In this document: in pieces, positions 1 to 14,149 of the stretch | Position numbering within the stretch: the stretch's first letter is position 1 | Layout: the number at the start of each line of letters is the position of its first letter | Assembly (NCBI GenBank): GCA_964016885.1 | Contig: OZ024752.1 | Span: 5,518,001-5,582,000 of the forward strand | Length of the DNA: 64,000 bases | Reading direction: 5' to 3' | Source of the DNA: Eledone cirrhosa | Lineage: Eukaryota | Notes under the pieces: generated by a model | What the model was told of the DNA's origin: nothing | The model's input: the letters and a program-made list of their open reading frames with translations, nothing else | Databases searched by the model: none | Made by a program: the position numbers and the translations under genes

Positions 1-77
1 TATGCCTGTGCCTATTTTAATTATGTAAAAATTATTTTTAAGTGAACTGACCCAATGGGTCACGGGTGGTGTAGTAA

Positions 78-84
<7 letters not shown>

Positions 85-109
<25 letters not shown>

Positions 110-312
110 ACGTATGCATACTTACATTTATGTATCAGCTGCGTTAGGGCAAGAAATAAAATTCTAATTTATTTATATATATATAATTAAAATTCTAATT
201 TTATTTATATATATATATATATAAATAAAATTAGAATTTTATTTCTTTTCCTAGGATAGCTGATACATAAATATAAGTATGCATACATACACACACACAC
301 ACATATATATAT
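85..312. repeat. Fold-back inverted repeat centred on (AT)n
   Basis: tatgcatacttacatttatgtatcagct...aaataaaattctaattt is mirrored by aaattagaattttattt...agctgatacataaatataagtatgcata. Confidence 0.8.
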
Positions 313-384
313 ACATATGGGTTATATCAAAAAAGTAAAATACTATACATTTTTAACAGTTCAACACAATGGCAGGGGGGGTAT

Positions 385-427
385 ACAGTCCTGATGAAGG
401 GTAATGACCCAGAAACATGTTGATTGT
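385..427 (+). ncRNA. Minimal type I hammerhead ribozyme motif (Penelope pLTR-type)
   Basis: Stem I ACAGTC/GATTGT, core CTGATGA, stem II GGGT-aatg-ACCC flanked by A.A, then GAAAC-AT-GT-T with palindromic ACATGT stem III. Confidence 0.65.
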
Positions 428-699
428 TCCTCAAAGTCAGTGTTCAACAAACAAGTGATGATCGGCCATTGGCACTGCACAGCTTCAAAATGGGCCGTTT
501 GTTTACAAACGAATTGAACATTATTATCAATGTTCGATATACATACATACGTATATGTATATGTGTGTGTGTGTATGTATAGAGAGAGAGAGGGGGGGGG
601 GGGTAATGTGCAGCTAGTGTAGGTTCACCCGAGTGAGCACTCAATGCAGTTTCCAGTCTGTAAAAAGGTGTAGAACTAAGCAGAGTGTAAATAAAATTA

Positions 700-1032
700 C
701 ATGGCTTAGTGGTTAGAGCATTGGCCTTGCAATCGACAGGTTGTGAGTTCAATTCTCAGACCGAGTGATGTGTTGTTTCCTTGAGCAAGACACTTTATTT
801 CACATTGCTCCAGTTTACTCAGCTGTAGAAATGAGATGATAGGGAGTGGGATCCCTATCATTCCACTATAAAGTGGTCGTGGAGGTGTCACAGCAAAAAA
901 GCACCCACCACTCACTGTAAATGAGGTTGGTGTTAGGAAGGGCATCCAGCTGTAGAAATCAAGCCAGAATCAGTTCCCGTCCCACCCTTGCAAGCAGGGA
1001 AAAGCGGACGTAAAATGATGATGATGAAGATG
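700..1032 (+). mobile_element. tRNA-derived SINE with RTE-type (GAT)n tail
   Basis: A box TGGCTTAGTGG, B box GAGTTCAATTC, (gat)n tail. Near-identical copy at 32707-33043. Confidence 0.85.
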
Positions 1033-1232
1033 NNNNNNNNNNNNNNNNNNNNNNNNNNNNNNNNNNNNNNNNNNNNNNNNNNNNNNNNNNNNNNNNNNNN
1101 NNNNNNNNNNNNNNNNNNNNNNNNNNNNNNNNNNNNNNNNNNNNNNNNNNNNNNNNNNNNNNNNNNNNNNNNNNNNNNNNNNNNNNNNNNNNNNNNNNNN
1201 NNNNNNNNNNNNNNNNNNNNNNNNNNNNNNNN
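1033..1232. other. Assembly gap (200 N)
   Basis: Run of N. Confidence 0.99.
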
Positions 1233-1337
1233 GGGAGATACGGAAACTAAAACAGTGTTGTCATATAGAGAGTGAAGAGCGACAGAGAGAGTAAAGCAGT
1301 TAAATTATAGAGAGGGGGAATGATCATACATACATAC

Positions 1338-1895
1338 ATGGTGGCTGCCAAGTCGTTTTCGAGTACGGCCACTACTTTATATCCATGTAGGAGAACCCCT
1401 ACCGATGCGCTGAACGAGTGTGACTTTTTAGTCCAGCCAGCTACTTGAAAACTCTGGTACAAACACTACACTTGTGACAATTATTGACACATAGTGCTGG
1501 GCCCATGGTACCATGTGACGACAAGTGCAGAGGGATCTCCAGATATAAAGCAATGCCTGTGCCGTGAAGCTTTTATAGTGAGCAAAGGCACTGCACAAAG
1601 CCAGTCCCACTCTCTTAACCAAGATGATATTTATCAAAAAGAAGAACAAGTCAACATCATTGGATACCATCAGGGTTGCAGGTGTTGTATCAGAGTTTTC
1701 CTTCTCCTAGAATTCTGCCTTGACAAAGGCTAAGGGGTCATCTCTCCCGGTGCTTTTGGATGGCCATTGACTCTTAAGAGCTCCTTTGCCCTTTGACAGT
1801 ACAACCTGTCTCATGGTCGGGTTGTTGGCGACTAAGCTGGCAACCCCACCAAGGTTTCTTGGTGAGGAGGGTGACTTTGGACATCCTGCAGGACT
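1338..1895 (-). mobile_element. Internally deleted RTE-type element of the zinc-finger RTE family
   Basis: The minus strand encodes LAGLKSHTRSAH* (compare LAGLKSHIRSQHC* at 31.65 kb) and ends ggccgtactcgaaaacgacttggcagccaccat, like the 3' terminus at 32118-32150. Confidence 0.6.
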
Positions 1896-2889
1896 AAAAA
1901 CATACATATAAAGTATAGATATGTGTGTGTGTGTTTGTGTGTGTGTGTATGTGCATGTGTGTGTCTGTGTTTTGTTTTGATGTTATATTGTGTGTGTGTG
2001 TGCGAGCGACGACAAAAAAACAGAGGGAGGGGAAAAGAGAGAGCTAGACCGTTAGACAGAGAGAGATATATTTAAAATGGAAAGTAAAAGAGTGTTGTCA
2101 TATAGAGAGTGAAGAGAGACAGAGAATAAAGCAGTTAAATTATAGAGATGGTGAAAGAGGGAGAGAGAGACGGCGCTCAACTTTATAATAATTGAGAGTG
2201 AAGAGCGAGAGAGAGTAAAGCAGATAAATTATAGAGAGGGGGAATGATCTATTATAGAGAGAGGGAAGAGCGACGGAGAGAGTAAAGCTAACAAACTATG
2301 GAGAAGTGTGTAGGATACATTCATACATACATACATAATACACACGACACTCAGCTTTATAATATTATAGATATATATAATTTATCTACAGACACTCATA
2401 CCAAACATATTTTACACGTCAAGCACATACACACAGGCACGTTAAATATGTATACACTTAAACATACCTGCACACATATACACACACTCATTCACTCTTT
2501 CCTACATTATTTGGGTCGGACGCCATGCTTTGAAGCATGGAGTTACGGCCCTTGCCATTAGGAGTTCAAATCCGGCCGAGGTTGACTTTGCCTTTCATCC
2601 TTACGGGGTCGATAAAATAAAGTATCAGTAATGTACTGGGTAATTGCTGGCCTTGTGCCTAAAGTAGAAACAATTATTAAAAATAGAATAGTTAGGCAGA
2701 GGACAAAATGTTCAGCGATGTTTAGTTACAAGCCCTTTAAAATTTAAGTTCAAATTCAGCCATGGTCCTATCGTCTTTCTGGTGTCGATAAAATAATGTA
2801 CTATAGTTTTGGGATCGATAATTCAATTACACCAACTCTGAAAATGTAGGAATGCTGTAACACATAATAGAGAAAAAGGAAAAATCAAC

Positions 2890-4480
2890 GAAAGATGACA
2901 TCTCAGTGTTGCCACACTTAGTGTTGGCACTCTGAGAGGTAGATCTGGTGAGATAGTGGAGATGCTAGAGAGAAAACATGTGGATGTGTGTTGCATGCAA
3001 GAGGTGAGATGGAGAGGTGCCTCAGCAAGACTAATCGCAGGCAAACAGCTTAGCTATAAGTTTTTCTGGGTAGGAAACAAAGGATTAGGCATTTTACCGG
3101 CCGAGAAGTGGATTAACAAGACAATAGAGGTAGTCAGGGTAAGTAATAGAATCATTAACATTAGATTAGTTGTAGGCAATAGACTGCTGACAATTATCTC
3201 TACCTATGCTCCCTAAACGGGCCTAGGTAAAGAGGACCTAATGACAGAGGACAGAGACCTAGTTATACTAGCAGGTGACTTCAATTGTCATGTTGGACAG
3301 CTCCAGGATGGATACACTGGGGTACATGGTGGTTATGGTTATGAAACAAAAGAGGCTTCTTGAATTTTGTAATGCAAGTGAACTAACCCTTTGCAACACT
3401 AACTTCAGGAAACCTGCCAATCACCTACCAATCAAGTGAGCACATACACCAAATTGACTTCTTGCTAGCTAGGCAACGAGACAGACAGATGGTTACGAAT
3501 ACTAAGGCATTCCCTGAGGAAGAATGTACCCTGCAACATAGGTTAGTCGTTAGTGACATCTCAATAAACAAGGGACAGAATGAGACACACAGGAAGGTAT
3601 GCAAAAAGTCTGGAAGCTAAAGGACTTTTCACTTAAATATAATTTTAGGAAAGCCCTACACAATGTGTATGACGAGAAAGAAGATGAATTAGAATTGTAT
3701 GATATAGGAGATAATTGGAAGTTCTTACGCGACAACCTACTGCACACAACTGAAGAGACTTGTGGCTAGAGCAAAGCTCCAACCAGACAGGAAGTGACTT
3801 GGTGGTGGTACAGCACGGTAGATAGAGCCATTGAAGATAAAAGACAAGCATGGAAGGATTGGAAGAATGGGGGGAGTAGAGACCGATACTCAGCTGCTAA
3901 AAGAGAGGCTAGACATCAGGTATATTTAGCACGCAGGGAAGCTGAAAGTAGGAGGTTTGTCAATGTTCTGCAATGAGAGGATCAGAGATGTGAGGTGTTC
4001 TGCATTGCAAGGCAGTGTGTCAGTGTAAATTAGGATGTTGTTGGAAATAATGTGTCCAAAATGATGCTGATCCACTTAGTGTTATTGATGCTCAGAAAAA
4101 GGGGGCCTGGAAATGTCATTGTGAGAAACTGATGAATGGGAGAGAGCGAAACTACCCCCAACAGAGGGACCAGCTATTGAGGTTGACAACTATAGGGTCA
4201 AAGAAGCAATTAAGGAAATGAAAAGTGGTAAGGTTACTGGACCGGCAGGGATAGTTGCTAAGATGCTAAAGGCATCAGGAGAAGTAGAAACAAAACTGGT
4301 TGCACGCATAGTCAATCAAGTTATATATGGCGGAGTCATACCCAAAGACTAGTGCAGCAGTATTCTTATAAATTGCTACAAAGGTAAAGAGGATGCTCTG
4401 GAGAGGAGCAATTATAGGGGCATAAAACTGACAGATCAGGTTATCAAAGTCACAGAAAGAATGCTAGCACAACTAATTAG
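2890..4480 (+). mobile_element. Degenerate RTE LINE, APE endonuclease to RT N-terminal part
   Basis: VDVCCMQEVRWRG, ISTYAP, AGDFN, TWWW and NYRGIKL motifs, with stops and frameshifts. Confidence 0.9.
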
Positions 4481-4814
4481 CCATGTATGTTTTTCCTATA
4501 CACACAGACATATGTGAAGGTATGTGTTTAAGGTGTTAGACTCAATCATAATGTCATTCATCTGATTTGTGGACAGGTGACGTGTTCTTGAGCAAGATGC
4601 TTTATTTCATGGAGCTTTTCATGGTGAGACTAGGGCCCCTACCATTAAATCACCAAATAAACCTCCCTCTTTTAAAGAGGCAACCTGCCAAGGAATGAAA
4701 TGTAAATTCCTTCTCACACAAAAATTAAAGGCCAGCTTTGCCTGCCATCTTTCAGGATCAATAAAATAAAATACCAGTCAAGGAAGCTGGATTAGTGGAA
4801 TGGTTACGAGGCAC

Positions 4815-5945
4815 TTTTTTATACGCATCACATGTCCATACCAATGCAATCTCCTCTCCTGCACACTGCATCTGATTCCTCTTATGTCTAGTTTCTTTCT
4901 CAGTTTGTTTATGCTTTGTTATTCACGTATATTACTATTACACATGCATCGGAGTATGCAAGCTTCACTTCTTTCCAATTTACGCAAGTCTTCTGCACAC
5001 AGCGCCCAGGTCTCACTACCATTCATCATTGCTGTTCATATGCACGCATCATGCCATTCATTTTGAGGGAAATGTCTTTTGGTGATAGCTACCTAGCTAC
5101 TGTACTTTAGGAACACCCTCTTCTACTATTGATTTGGACACCTAGGTAACGGAAACTCAACTATTTCTACAGAGCCATCTGGGCATTTGAAGTAGCTAGT
5201 ATCTTGTGGGCACTTGTTACTTACTGCACCCGTGCATCGGTTGCATATAAAACCTATCTTCTTTGATAGCCTGCTTATGATCCCACATCTTTTATGTACC
5301 CATAGGTTGCATTTAGGGCATAGGATGAAATTTCTACCTACTCCTTTCCTCCACACTGAGCAAGGCCATTTCCATGAGGTAATCTGGGCCCTGTTTTCCT
5401 TTCTACATACTAGGATTGACGTTGACAACTTGACTTTAACAGCATTGGAATTTCTTCTCTAAATCTGCCATAGATTCAGCTATGCGGGTTAGATCATCTG
5501 CATACAGAGGTTCCCATGGGCAGCCAGTCTTAACTTCTTCTGCAGAATGATAATAAACAGGGGAGGGGGTACCTAAGAATGGAGCCTTGATGGACACATA
5601 CTTGCATGCTAAATTCTTTCTCTATAGTCATTGTTAATTCTAACCTTGCTGACTGTTCCTCTATATATGGCTTGTACAGCCTTTACAAGCCACTCAACTA
5701 CTCCTAGTTTTCTAAGAGCCCACCAGATAATGGACTGGGGACTCTGTCAAAGGTTTTCTCCAGGTCAACAAAAGCTAAGTAGAAGGGTTTACTTTTAGCT
5801 AGGTACTTCTCCTGCAGTTGCCTCACAAGGAAGAGAACATCTGTGGTACTTACCTGGCACAAATGCAAACTGCATTTCATTTAGGTTAACTTGGTCCCTA
5901 ATCAACTGTTTGATAACTCTTTCTTTGACCTTCTTGACCTAGTCA
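4815..5945 (-). mobile_element. Degenerate RTE LINE, RT domain with PHD-like insert
   Basis: EMQF, FVDLEK.FD, YADD and WPCSV..KGVGRN..LCPKCNLWVHKRC. Confidence 0.9.
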
Positions 5946-6015
5946 ACCAATATCATCATCATCATTTATATATATATTTATATAAATATATACATGCACT
6001 TACACACTCTTTTTG

Positions 6016-6048
<33 letters not shown>

Positions 6049-6339
6049 GGGTGTGTGTATATTAGAAAGCCAGTATCAGGTTTTATTGTTTTTATCACAA
6101 GTGCTTGTTTCCTCTGCTTTGTTTCATATCACAATTCCAGGAGAATCTAGACAAGTCAACAAGGGAACCTCTAAATAGCTACTTGGTCCAGCAAGAAGGC
6201 CTTTTAGTAGTTGTGTGACTTGCTAGAAATCACAGCTATACCTCTTTCATATCACACTCAATTGTTTTAAAATAAAGATAAGGCATATTGGATAAGGTAA
6301 TCCAAGATACTCTGTCTGAATTAACGAACGGATGGTCTT

Positions 6340-6600
6340 TTGATCATTTTTAAAAACAATCAACAAGATCTCAGACCTCATTCACTTATCGAGTGAGGTG
6401 GAACTTGACAAATCAAACCAAGGAAATAACGTTTCCGTAGGTCTTTCTAATTGCTGATTCTATCTACCAGTCACAACTCCTGGCAGAAAAAGTGGCGTGA
6501 AATAAAGTGTCTTGCTCAAGGACATAAAAGTCTGGGAATCGAACTCACAACCCCACAATTGTGAATCCAATTCTCTAACCACTAAGCCACATGCTTTCAA
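6340..6600 (-). mobile_element. SINE-like repeat (related copies at 7215-7470 and 10790-10975)
   Basis: tRNA-like head (catgtggcttagtggttag on the minus strand) and shared cttgagcaagacactttatttcac core. Confidence 0.7.
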
Positions 6601-7799
6601 TATATATGATCATAGATCTGCTTAATCAAGGCTCACCAAACAATTTCAACAACAACCAGAACATCAGCAATTTTTTTATTTGTTGTTATCTAATAGACTG
6701 TTGATGAACTCATTATATATATTATCCTCATCATCATCGTCATTTTAGCATCCATTTTCCCAGCTAGCAAGGGTTGGACATCATCATCATCATTTATGGT
6801 TTAATCCAAAGATAACTTTCAAGCTAGCCAGACTTTTCAAAGCAATGTTTGCACAATTCTATCCATGGATAAATAAATAGCAGTTAGATAGAGAGTGAAT
6901 GAATGTCAGTCTTTAAAATAAAGTTGAATGCTTACATAAAAAACAGGGAAGTTTGTGTAAGAATGAGAGAGATTTATTATATGATTATGTTAGAGTGGTG
7001 TCGCATACATACAACATATGTTCATGTGAAAGGAACTAACACTATGCATATACATATATCTTTATTAAAACAAGCTCTTTTGAAGTATGTAATTGACTAG
7101 GTTTACATTGTCAACTTTACATATCAACTTCACCATCGTCATCATTTCCACATGTTTTTACATGCTGACATGAGTTTGAGAGATCATATACAGTGTATAT
7201 ATCTGTAAAGCAATCGATCATCAATAGATCCCAGACCTTATCTGCTTACCGAGTGGGGTGAAACTTGTCAAATCGGACCAAGGAAACAATGTTCCCATTG
7301 GTTTTTTCCATTGCTGATATTATTTACCAGTTGCAACTCCTGGCAGAAAGAGCAATGTGAAATAAAGTGTCTTGCTCAAGGACATAACGCATGACTTGAT
7401 CCAGAAATGGAACTCGCAATCTCACAATTGCAAATCCAACTCCCCAAGCACTAAGCCATATGCCTTCACATATCTGTAAAAGCTGCTCCTTTCTATGCGA
7501 AAATACATGAAAAAACAGCATGTGACTTTACTGGACCTAAAAAACCTCAATTCAAAATATGGTACATTGTAAACGTTGTATGTAAAAAGTAAGAGCATGT
7601 CTGTGTTTCTGTCAAGATCTCCTTCTGGCTCTGAAAGTCTGAGTACTTGATATCCTAACAAAGCGGCCAAATAATTTGATTCATTGATGAGCTAGGAGCT
7701 AGTTAATACATCTGACACCGAACATCTGCCTAACATCTTCGTTTCTCGTTTGGTCACTTATACAAGCTGAAGACATCTTATCTCACCATGCTATAAGCC

Positions 7800-8070
7800 T
7801 GTCTCAAACCTGGAGGCTCATCAAACTTGTGTTTATCCTGGTTTCTGTGGCATGAAGCAACTTGGAGTACAAAACTTCCCCCTGGACAAGAAAATAGTCC
7901 ATTGCAGGGTTAAACCACCAGTTTTTGCTGTTACTCATTTTCAGCTGAGTATACTGGAGCAACGTGAAATGAAGTGTTTTGATTAAAAACACAACACAGT
8001 CAAGAAATTGAACTCACAGCATTATGATTGTAAGTCCAACGACCTTACCACTAGGCCATGCGACTCCACA
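7800..8070 (-). mobile_element. tRNA-derived SINE (same family at 15192-15460 +, 18965-19165 +, 34060-34350 -)
   Basis: gcatggcctagtggt head, tttcac...tcagctgaaaatgagta core and cagaaaccagg...gatgagcc tail are shared. Confidence 0.75.
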
Positions 8071-9685
8071 TATGTGAGGTAGTAACATATAAGGTAGGAC
8101 TTTGGTGTGATGTGGGTCTTTCCACAAACCAGTAACTTCCATTCTGGATCAACCTGGAACATCTGGCAGTGGATATCAAATTGCTCAAGAAAACAAAAGG
8201 AGAGCAATATTTCAAATATACTCTGTGTGTGAGAGAGAGCCATCCCAATATTTCATTACTTCAAGAGATTCTGAAACAGGAGTTTAACCCCTTTACAAAA
8301 CTCCTAAAATTTAAAGTTTTAGAAAACATGAGCAATTTTTTAAGGAATTCAGAGAAATGAAATCAAAATGCGTGTGTGGGTGGGTGTGAAAGAGGGGGGG
8401 GGGGTTATTGCAGAGGCAGAAAACAAAATCAGTAGAGTAAACCAAGCCGATATAGCAGGCTATTAAGACCACATTCTTATATTATCACTAATGAAAGAAA
8501 AATCATTAAAAAAAACCCCAACTGTTTAAATGCTTAACTAAGAGAATACACACATGAATTGGTGGTCAGTTTGACAAAAAAAGTGTATTTATCGATGTAT
8601 ATTATGGGAATAAGTCCTCAATTGATCTGCTGTATCAATATTTTTCTTGTTTTTGCACCTAGGTATTCTCAATATATTGTGTACACTATCATCTGTGAAA
8701 TGTATGACATTCTTCTCGTAGGCCAATTTGGTCTTGTGTACCTAACTCTTAGTGAACGGAAATTAGTCAGAATTTTAGCTCGGAAACATCGCTACGTTTC
8801 ATTAAATATAAATAATAATTGTTTCTACTTTAGGCACAAGGCCAGCAACTACCCAGTGCCTCACATAATAATGCAAGTAGTTTAAACGAATATTTTAAAT
8901 TGCTTATTAACTAAAATACTTGAGTTGTACAGAAATGACACAATTTCTATTACGGCATTACACGCATAGGGAAAATACTAGAAAAATCACATTAAGTAGA
9001 TGAATTTATTAAAGTTTCCTGTCACTTATTCTACCTCCGGATTCGTCTTAATCTGGGACACAGGTGTCCAGATCATTTTATAAATTTGCCAAAAGCTATA
9101 TAAAAAAAAGTATTCATCTTAAGGATATACAATAAGTTTCTGATATGTTCAGATGATTACATTCAATAGTTAGCTTCATAAATATTTAACTTGCTAAAAT
9201 GCAGCCTCATCAGTCTGGGTGTGCAAGCAGGGCCTGACCTACCCAACACTTTTCCGAGGTGCTACTAGAAAAGTTACATTTCTCAACTACTCATGTTAGC
9301 TTTTAAATTTTATCGACACGAAACTCCAATAATATTCTCTGTTGCCAGGGTTTAAATCCTGTTGTTGTTTTATATATATATATAGTATATTTATGGTGAT
9401 ATTGAGGGTTTCCAATATAGATCCCGGTAAAGATGAGAGAAGCTCGATGCTATCCAGTTCCTTGATACAAGAGTAATTCAAAATTGGTTAAGGATTTTCT
9501 CAGCTGTTGAGATTCTGTTGTAATGTTTGTAATATTTTAATTGTATGTAATATTTTTGAAACTTCAAACAATATCTAAATTCCTGAATATATGTAGAGCG
9601 CTGGACAGATTCCTCGTATGTATGGCTCACCGCTCTACATTGAAACATATGTAGAATTAAAAATATGCTTTAAGTATAACTTAGT

Positions 9686-9716
<31 letters not shown>

Positions 9717-9866
9717 TAAGATGGACGAGGTGTCCAATTTTCATTAAGTTTATTCATCCCTAAAATATACATATACATACATTTATATACACACGTATAT
9801 ATTTATACATATATACACAGGCATACATATATATATATATATATATATATACATACTCATACATGT

Positions 9867-9911
<45 letters not shown>

Positions 9912-10019
9912 TCATAAATATATATATACACACACACAGTTTATTCATTCGTTCGAAGCTAAAGCTTTATAGTTCATCACATTACAAGTTTCCACCGATC
10001 CGACAGAATTACTTCATTT

Positions 10020-10064
<45 letters not shown>

Positions 10065-11924
10065 TATATACATAATATAAAACTCACCTCCTATATATAC
10101 ATATATATATATATATATAAAGAAGAAAACATCACTTACCGAGCTAATAAGGAAAAGACACCATGCAATTTCGATTTAAGCCACATCTGTTGGTATGGAC
10201 TGAAAAAAATATTCCTACAGGTAAGAAAGCGGATCGCCGATATCAGGCCATATCTTAACATGGATCTTACTATCATCTCATGTGGCGGCCATCATAACCG
10301 TGCAACTTTCTCTTACTTCACTCCTCCCTCTCTTCTTACCACCACTTCCTCCTCTTTCTATCTCTCTCTAAAACATTGCTTACTTTCTTTCTCAACTCGC
10401 TCCTTTATCATTTCTTTCTTTCTCTTTTATCTCCTCCCCTTTATTTCTCTATATATATCTCCCTCTATTTTTATAAACATATATATTCGTATCTCTTTTC
10501 TTACACATCATTTTACTATCCATAAACTGTATATAGCTACGAGTGCGAATATATATATATACATATCTCTATACTTCTCCCTACTTTCCTTCTTCATTTT
10601 TTTCTTTTAAAAAACTTTCTATAAAAAATCCAGAATCACAACTATTATTGACGATGGATTATGTCAGGAAAATCTACTTAATTTGTATCCCTTATATAAG
10701 GAAATTATCTTTAAGTTCAAATATCGGTTGTACGAAAATGCGGCATGTCGCCGTATTTTCGTACAACACACACACACAGCAACAGAGGTTTCTCTTGGAC
10801 TCGGGTAACAGATTTTGACTGTAGAGGTTGGCCATACTGGCCAACAGGTTGGTGAATACACCAGATTTGAAGTTGATATATAGTATCAGCATTGGAAATA
10901 TTGTTTCCTTGGTCCGATATGACAAATTTCACCTCACTCAGTAAAAGAGTGATCTCTGGGACCTTGTCGATCGATTCGATATAACATTTTACTCTACATT
11001 CTGTCCGTTTCTCTCTCTCTCTCTCTCTCTCTAATATAGCTTGCTTATAAATTACACTACATCCAAATATACGTACATCTGTAGCGACATGAGATGTATT
11101 GGGAGTTGAAGTGTAGTAGAAGTTGGATGTTGAGTTTTGTGGGTGGATTGGTTTGTGTTTATTTGAGCGTGGCAGAGGTTGCAGTAGCTTGTAGTGTTGG
11201 CTCCCTGAGTGATTATGAAGCAGATAAAAATTGTCCCATATTTAAGCGCCGTGGAGAAAATGCTGAGGAATGAACAAGTAAAACATGGTCATTACATGAA
11301 GGATTTTTATTGAGCAAATAGCTTATTTCAAATCTGTTGTCGATAAGACAGGAAAACAACAAAGGACCGAGTGTAATGTTGGTTTGCGTAAGTGTAGTAA
11401 TAATCTGACCAGATGCATTCAACTAACTTTTATCGAAATAGTCCGACCCTGTTGGGGTGTTTGGCTAAGCGCTACATCCCTCTACTGTTTGCGCAACTTG
11501 AAGTATGTACTCATCTTCCGAGAAACTAGAGTGGAATAACGTAGAGAAAATCTTTTCTCATTTAACCTCAAGTTTGCCAGTCTCTCCAGACCACTAGCAC
11601 CAACCTGAGATAAAGAGAAACAGCTCTGCCGTGTCATTTTGGTGGCCGCTTAATAGACCAAATGAAACCCTATTGAAGAGAGTATCAAATTACTCCTATA
11701 CATTTAAAAAAAAGGGAAATAACAGCTGCCAAACTATCTGGTTATCCCCCTTACATTACAGATGCGGGGGGGGGGGGGGAAGCAGTGTTATGCATTTTTA
11801 TAATTCTGGTAAATTAACATTGCCGAATGATTACAACCAATGCATTACTGGTACTTTATTCTATCGACCCCGGAAGGATGAAAGGCAAAGTTAACCTCGG
11901 CGAGATTTGAACTCAGATCATACA

Positions 11925-13680
11925 GGGAGGTTTTAAAGGATGCAGTGTTTCGACAGCTAACAACCGATGCAGGTAGTTTGTTCCATGCTTCAGCAACTCT
12001 GAGCGTGAAAAAATGTTTCCAAAAGTCATGGGAGCTGTGCTGCTTTCTGACTTTGTGGGCATGCCCATGTGTGTTAGACACATGGAAATCAAAAAGGTAG
12101 TCGGGGTTTGTTGTTGGCAAGATGGTTAATAATTTTGTGGGTGTTCACCAAGTCAGTTGCCAGACGTCGGAGCTTCAATGAATCCATGCCCAGGGAAACA
12201 AGGCGCTCAGAGTTTGGTAGATGCCTGATGGAAGGTATTCGCTTGGTTGCACGTCTCTGAACAGTTTCCAGGCGATCAATGTTCTGAGCAAGATAGGGGT
12301 TCCAGACCGGTGATACAAATTCTAAGTGTAGCCGCACCATAGCTATATACAGCTTTAAATAGATAGCTGGGGAGCGGCTGACAAAGGTCTTGTTGAGTGA
12401 TGCTAAGACACCCTCGGCTTTCTTGACAATTTTAGAGACATGCTTCGTTGAACGCAAATCACTGCTGACCGTAATGCCCAGGTCACGTTCACAGGAAAAC
12501 TTCTTGATATTAGTGTTATGGAGGGAGTATGTGGACGCTGGGATTTTACTCCCAAAATGCATGGTGGTGCACTTGTCCACAGCTAGCTTGAGTTGCCAGT
12601 CTGTGATCCATTGTTGCATTGTGTCCAGGTCAGACTGCAGGCAAGATCTATAGTGTTCAGGTTCTGTCCTTTTTATCTCAAGGTACAGCTTGATGTTGTC
12701 TGCGTACTTTAGTACTGTGGCATTCTTTAAGTTGGCATCTATGTCATTAATATATGCCACAAACAAAAGGGGGCCAAGAACAGATCCCTGTGGTACACCA
12801 GATGACATCTCATATGGTGAGGAATGCTGTCCCAGAACCGTGACTACCTCTCTTCGACTGAGAATGAAGGACTTCAACCAGTTAAAAAGATCATCCTTCA
12901 CACCCATTGCAGAGAGTTTTGCCATAAGTCTTTTGTGTGGCACAGAATTGAAAGCTTTAGCAAAGTCAAGGTAAACACCATCCACCCATGAGCCGCCATC
13001 AGTGATCCGGGTGATGTCTTCAAGAAACTCGATAAGTTGATCACAGCAGCTGGAGTTAGGGATAAATCCAAATTGCGAGGGCCAGATAAGACTGTGAGGG
13101 TTCCAGAAGTTCCAAAGTGTTTCTCTGACACAGGATTCCATCAGGTTGGCAATGCAGCTAGTAAGACTGACTGGATGATAGTTCACAGGTGATGTGGGGT
13201 CACCCTTTTTGAACAGAGGAATGACACTGGCAGTTTTCCACTGTTCTGGAGTAGCACCGTTGTTCAAACAGAATTGGAAGAAGCTTGATAGCTGGTGTAG
13301 AAGGAAGTACCCACCATGTTTGAGAAGCAGGAACGTAACACCATCAAGACCAGGAGAGGCATGGTTGCGCTTATTTTTAAGGTGATGTCGCAGCATTGCA
13401 GGTGTAAATTCCATGGTTGTAATAGAATCCGATGTCAGAGGTGGTGGAGACGGTACACTCTGGTCTTCAATAGTGAAAATGCCTGCATAGCATTCAGCAA
13501 TGAGCTTTGTGCATTCCTTAGGGTCATCGGTAACCTGGCTTGTGTGGGGATTGCGAAGAGGACCAACTGGAAAGCGAGGCCTCTGCTTTGAGTGAACATA
13601 CTTCCAGAACACCTTACTGTCAGGGCTGGCTGCTATGCATTGCTCAAATTGAAGCACTGCTTTTTTGTCACCTGTTTGAG
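11925..13680 (-). mobile_element. CR1/L2-group LINE, 5'-truncated, 522-aa RT ORF (12089-13657)
   Basis: SPGLDG, YLDFAKAFNSVPH, SGVPQGSVLGPLLF, KYADN (YADD changed to YADN), ERDLG, LETVQRRATK and FFTLRVAEAWNKLP. Confidence 0.93.
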
Positions 13681-13804
13681 ATGGTTGGATGATTTATTTC
13701 GCTTCTTCCTATTGATATCTGATTTATACAATTTGTAAAACATATTTGTAATGTTATTTATACAACTGTGAATAAAATATTTTTGAAAAGTTAAAATATG
13801 TTTG

Positions 13805-14030
13805 GAACTAGTTCAAGTTGGGAAGGAGATGTCACCCACTAAAGGGAGACAAGTGTGGAAGGAGGAAAGAAAGCAAGGTAGAGTCAAAGGTGAACATTTG
13901 CGCAGACCGAGACCTCCAAACCGTTTGGGCAAGGCAGCTTGGTCGTGGAACTCTGGAGAGAGTCGGACATTGACCAAACCCTCGAGCTCACTGAATATGA
14001 GGTTGCCGAAGCGTTGGAGAGACGACAAGC
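13805..14030 (-). mobile_element. CRE-like non-LTR retrotransposon fragment
   Basis: QAALPKRFGGLGLR...LPCFLSS resembles the post-RT motif of CRE/RLE-type elements. Confidence 0.6.
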
Positions 14031-14149
14031 TAAAATTTAAAAAAAAATGTTTGATATAAAATGACTAACATAATTTTCGGCTTCTAAGTAAATTTTCCAG
14101 ATTTATTTTTAGAGGAAAAACAGTGTTTTCCACACTAGTAAATGGGTAA

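Noticed and set aside
48-78. Helitron 3' end (hairpin tgacccaatgggtca followed by gtagt)
   Set aside because: No CTRR terminus and too little upstream sequence in the window to support it.
700-770. tRNA genes at SINE heads
   Set aside because: A and B boxes are present but there is no full cloverleaf, and each continues into a SINE body and tail.
2890-5945. Single RTE with an inverted 3' half
   Set aside because: The breakpoints fall in the same RT region, but the overlapping sequences differ strongly, suggesting two subfamily insertions.
9200-9215. CTGATGAG on the minus strand as a hammerhead
   Set aside because: No stem II or GAAA follows.
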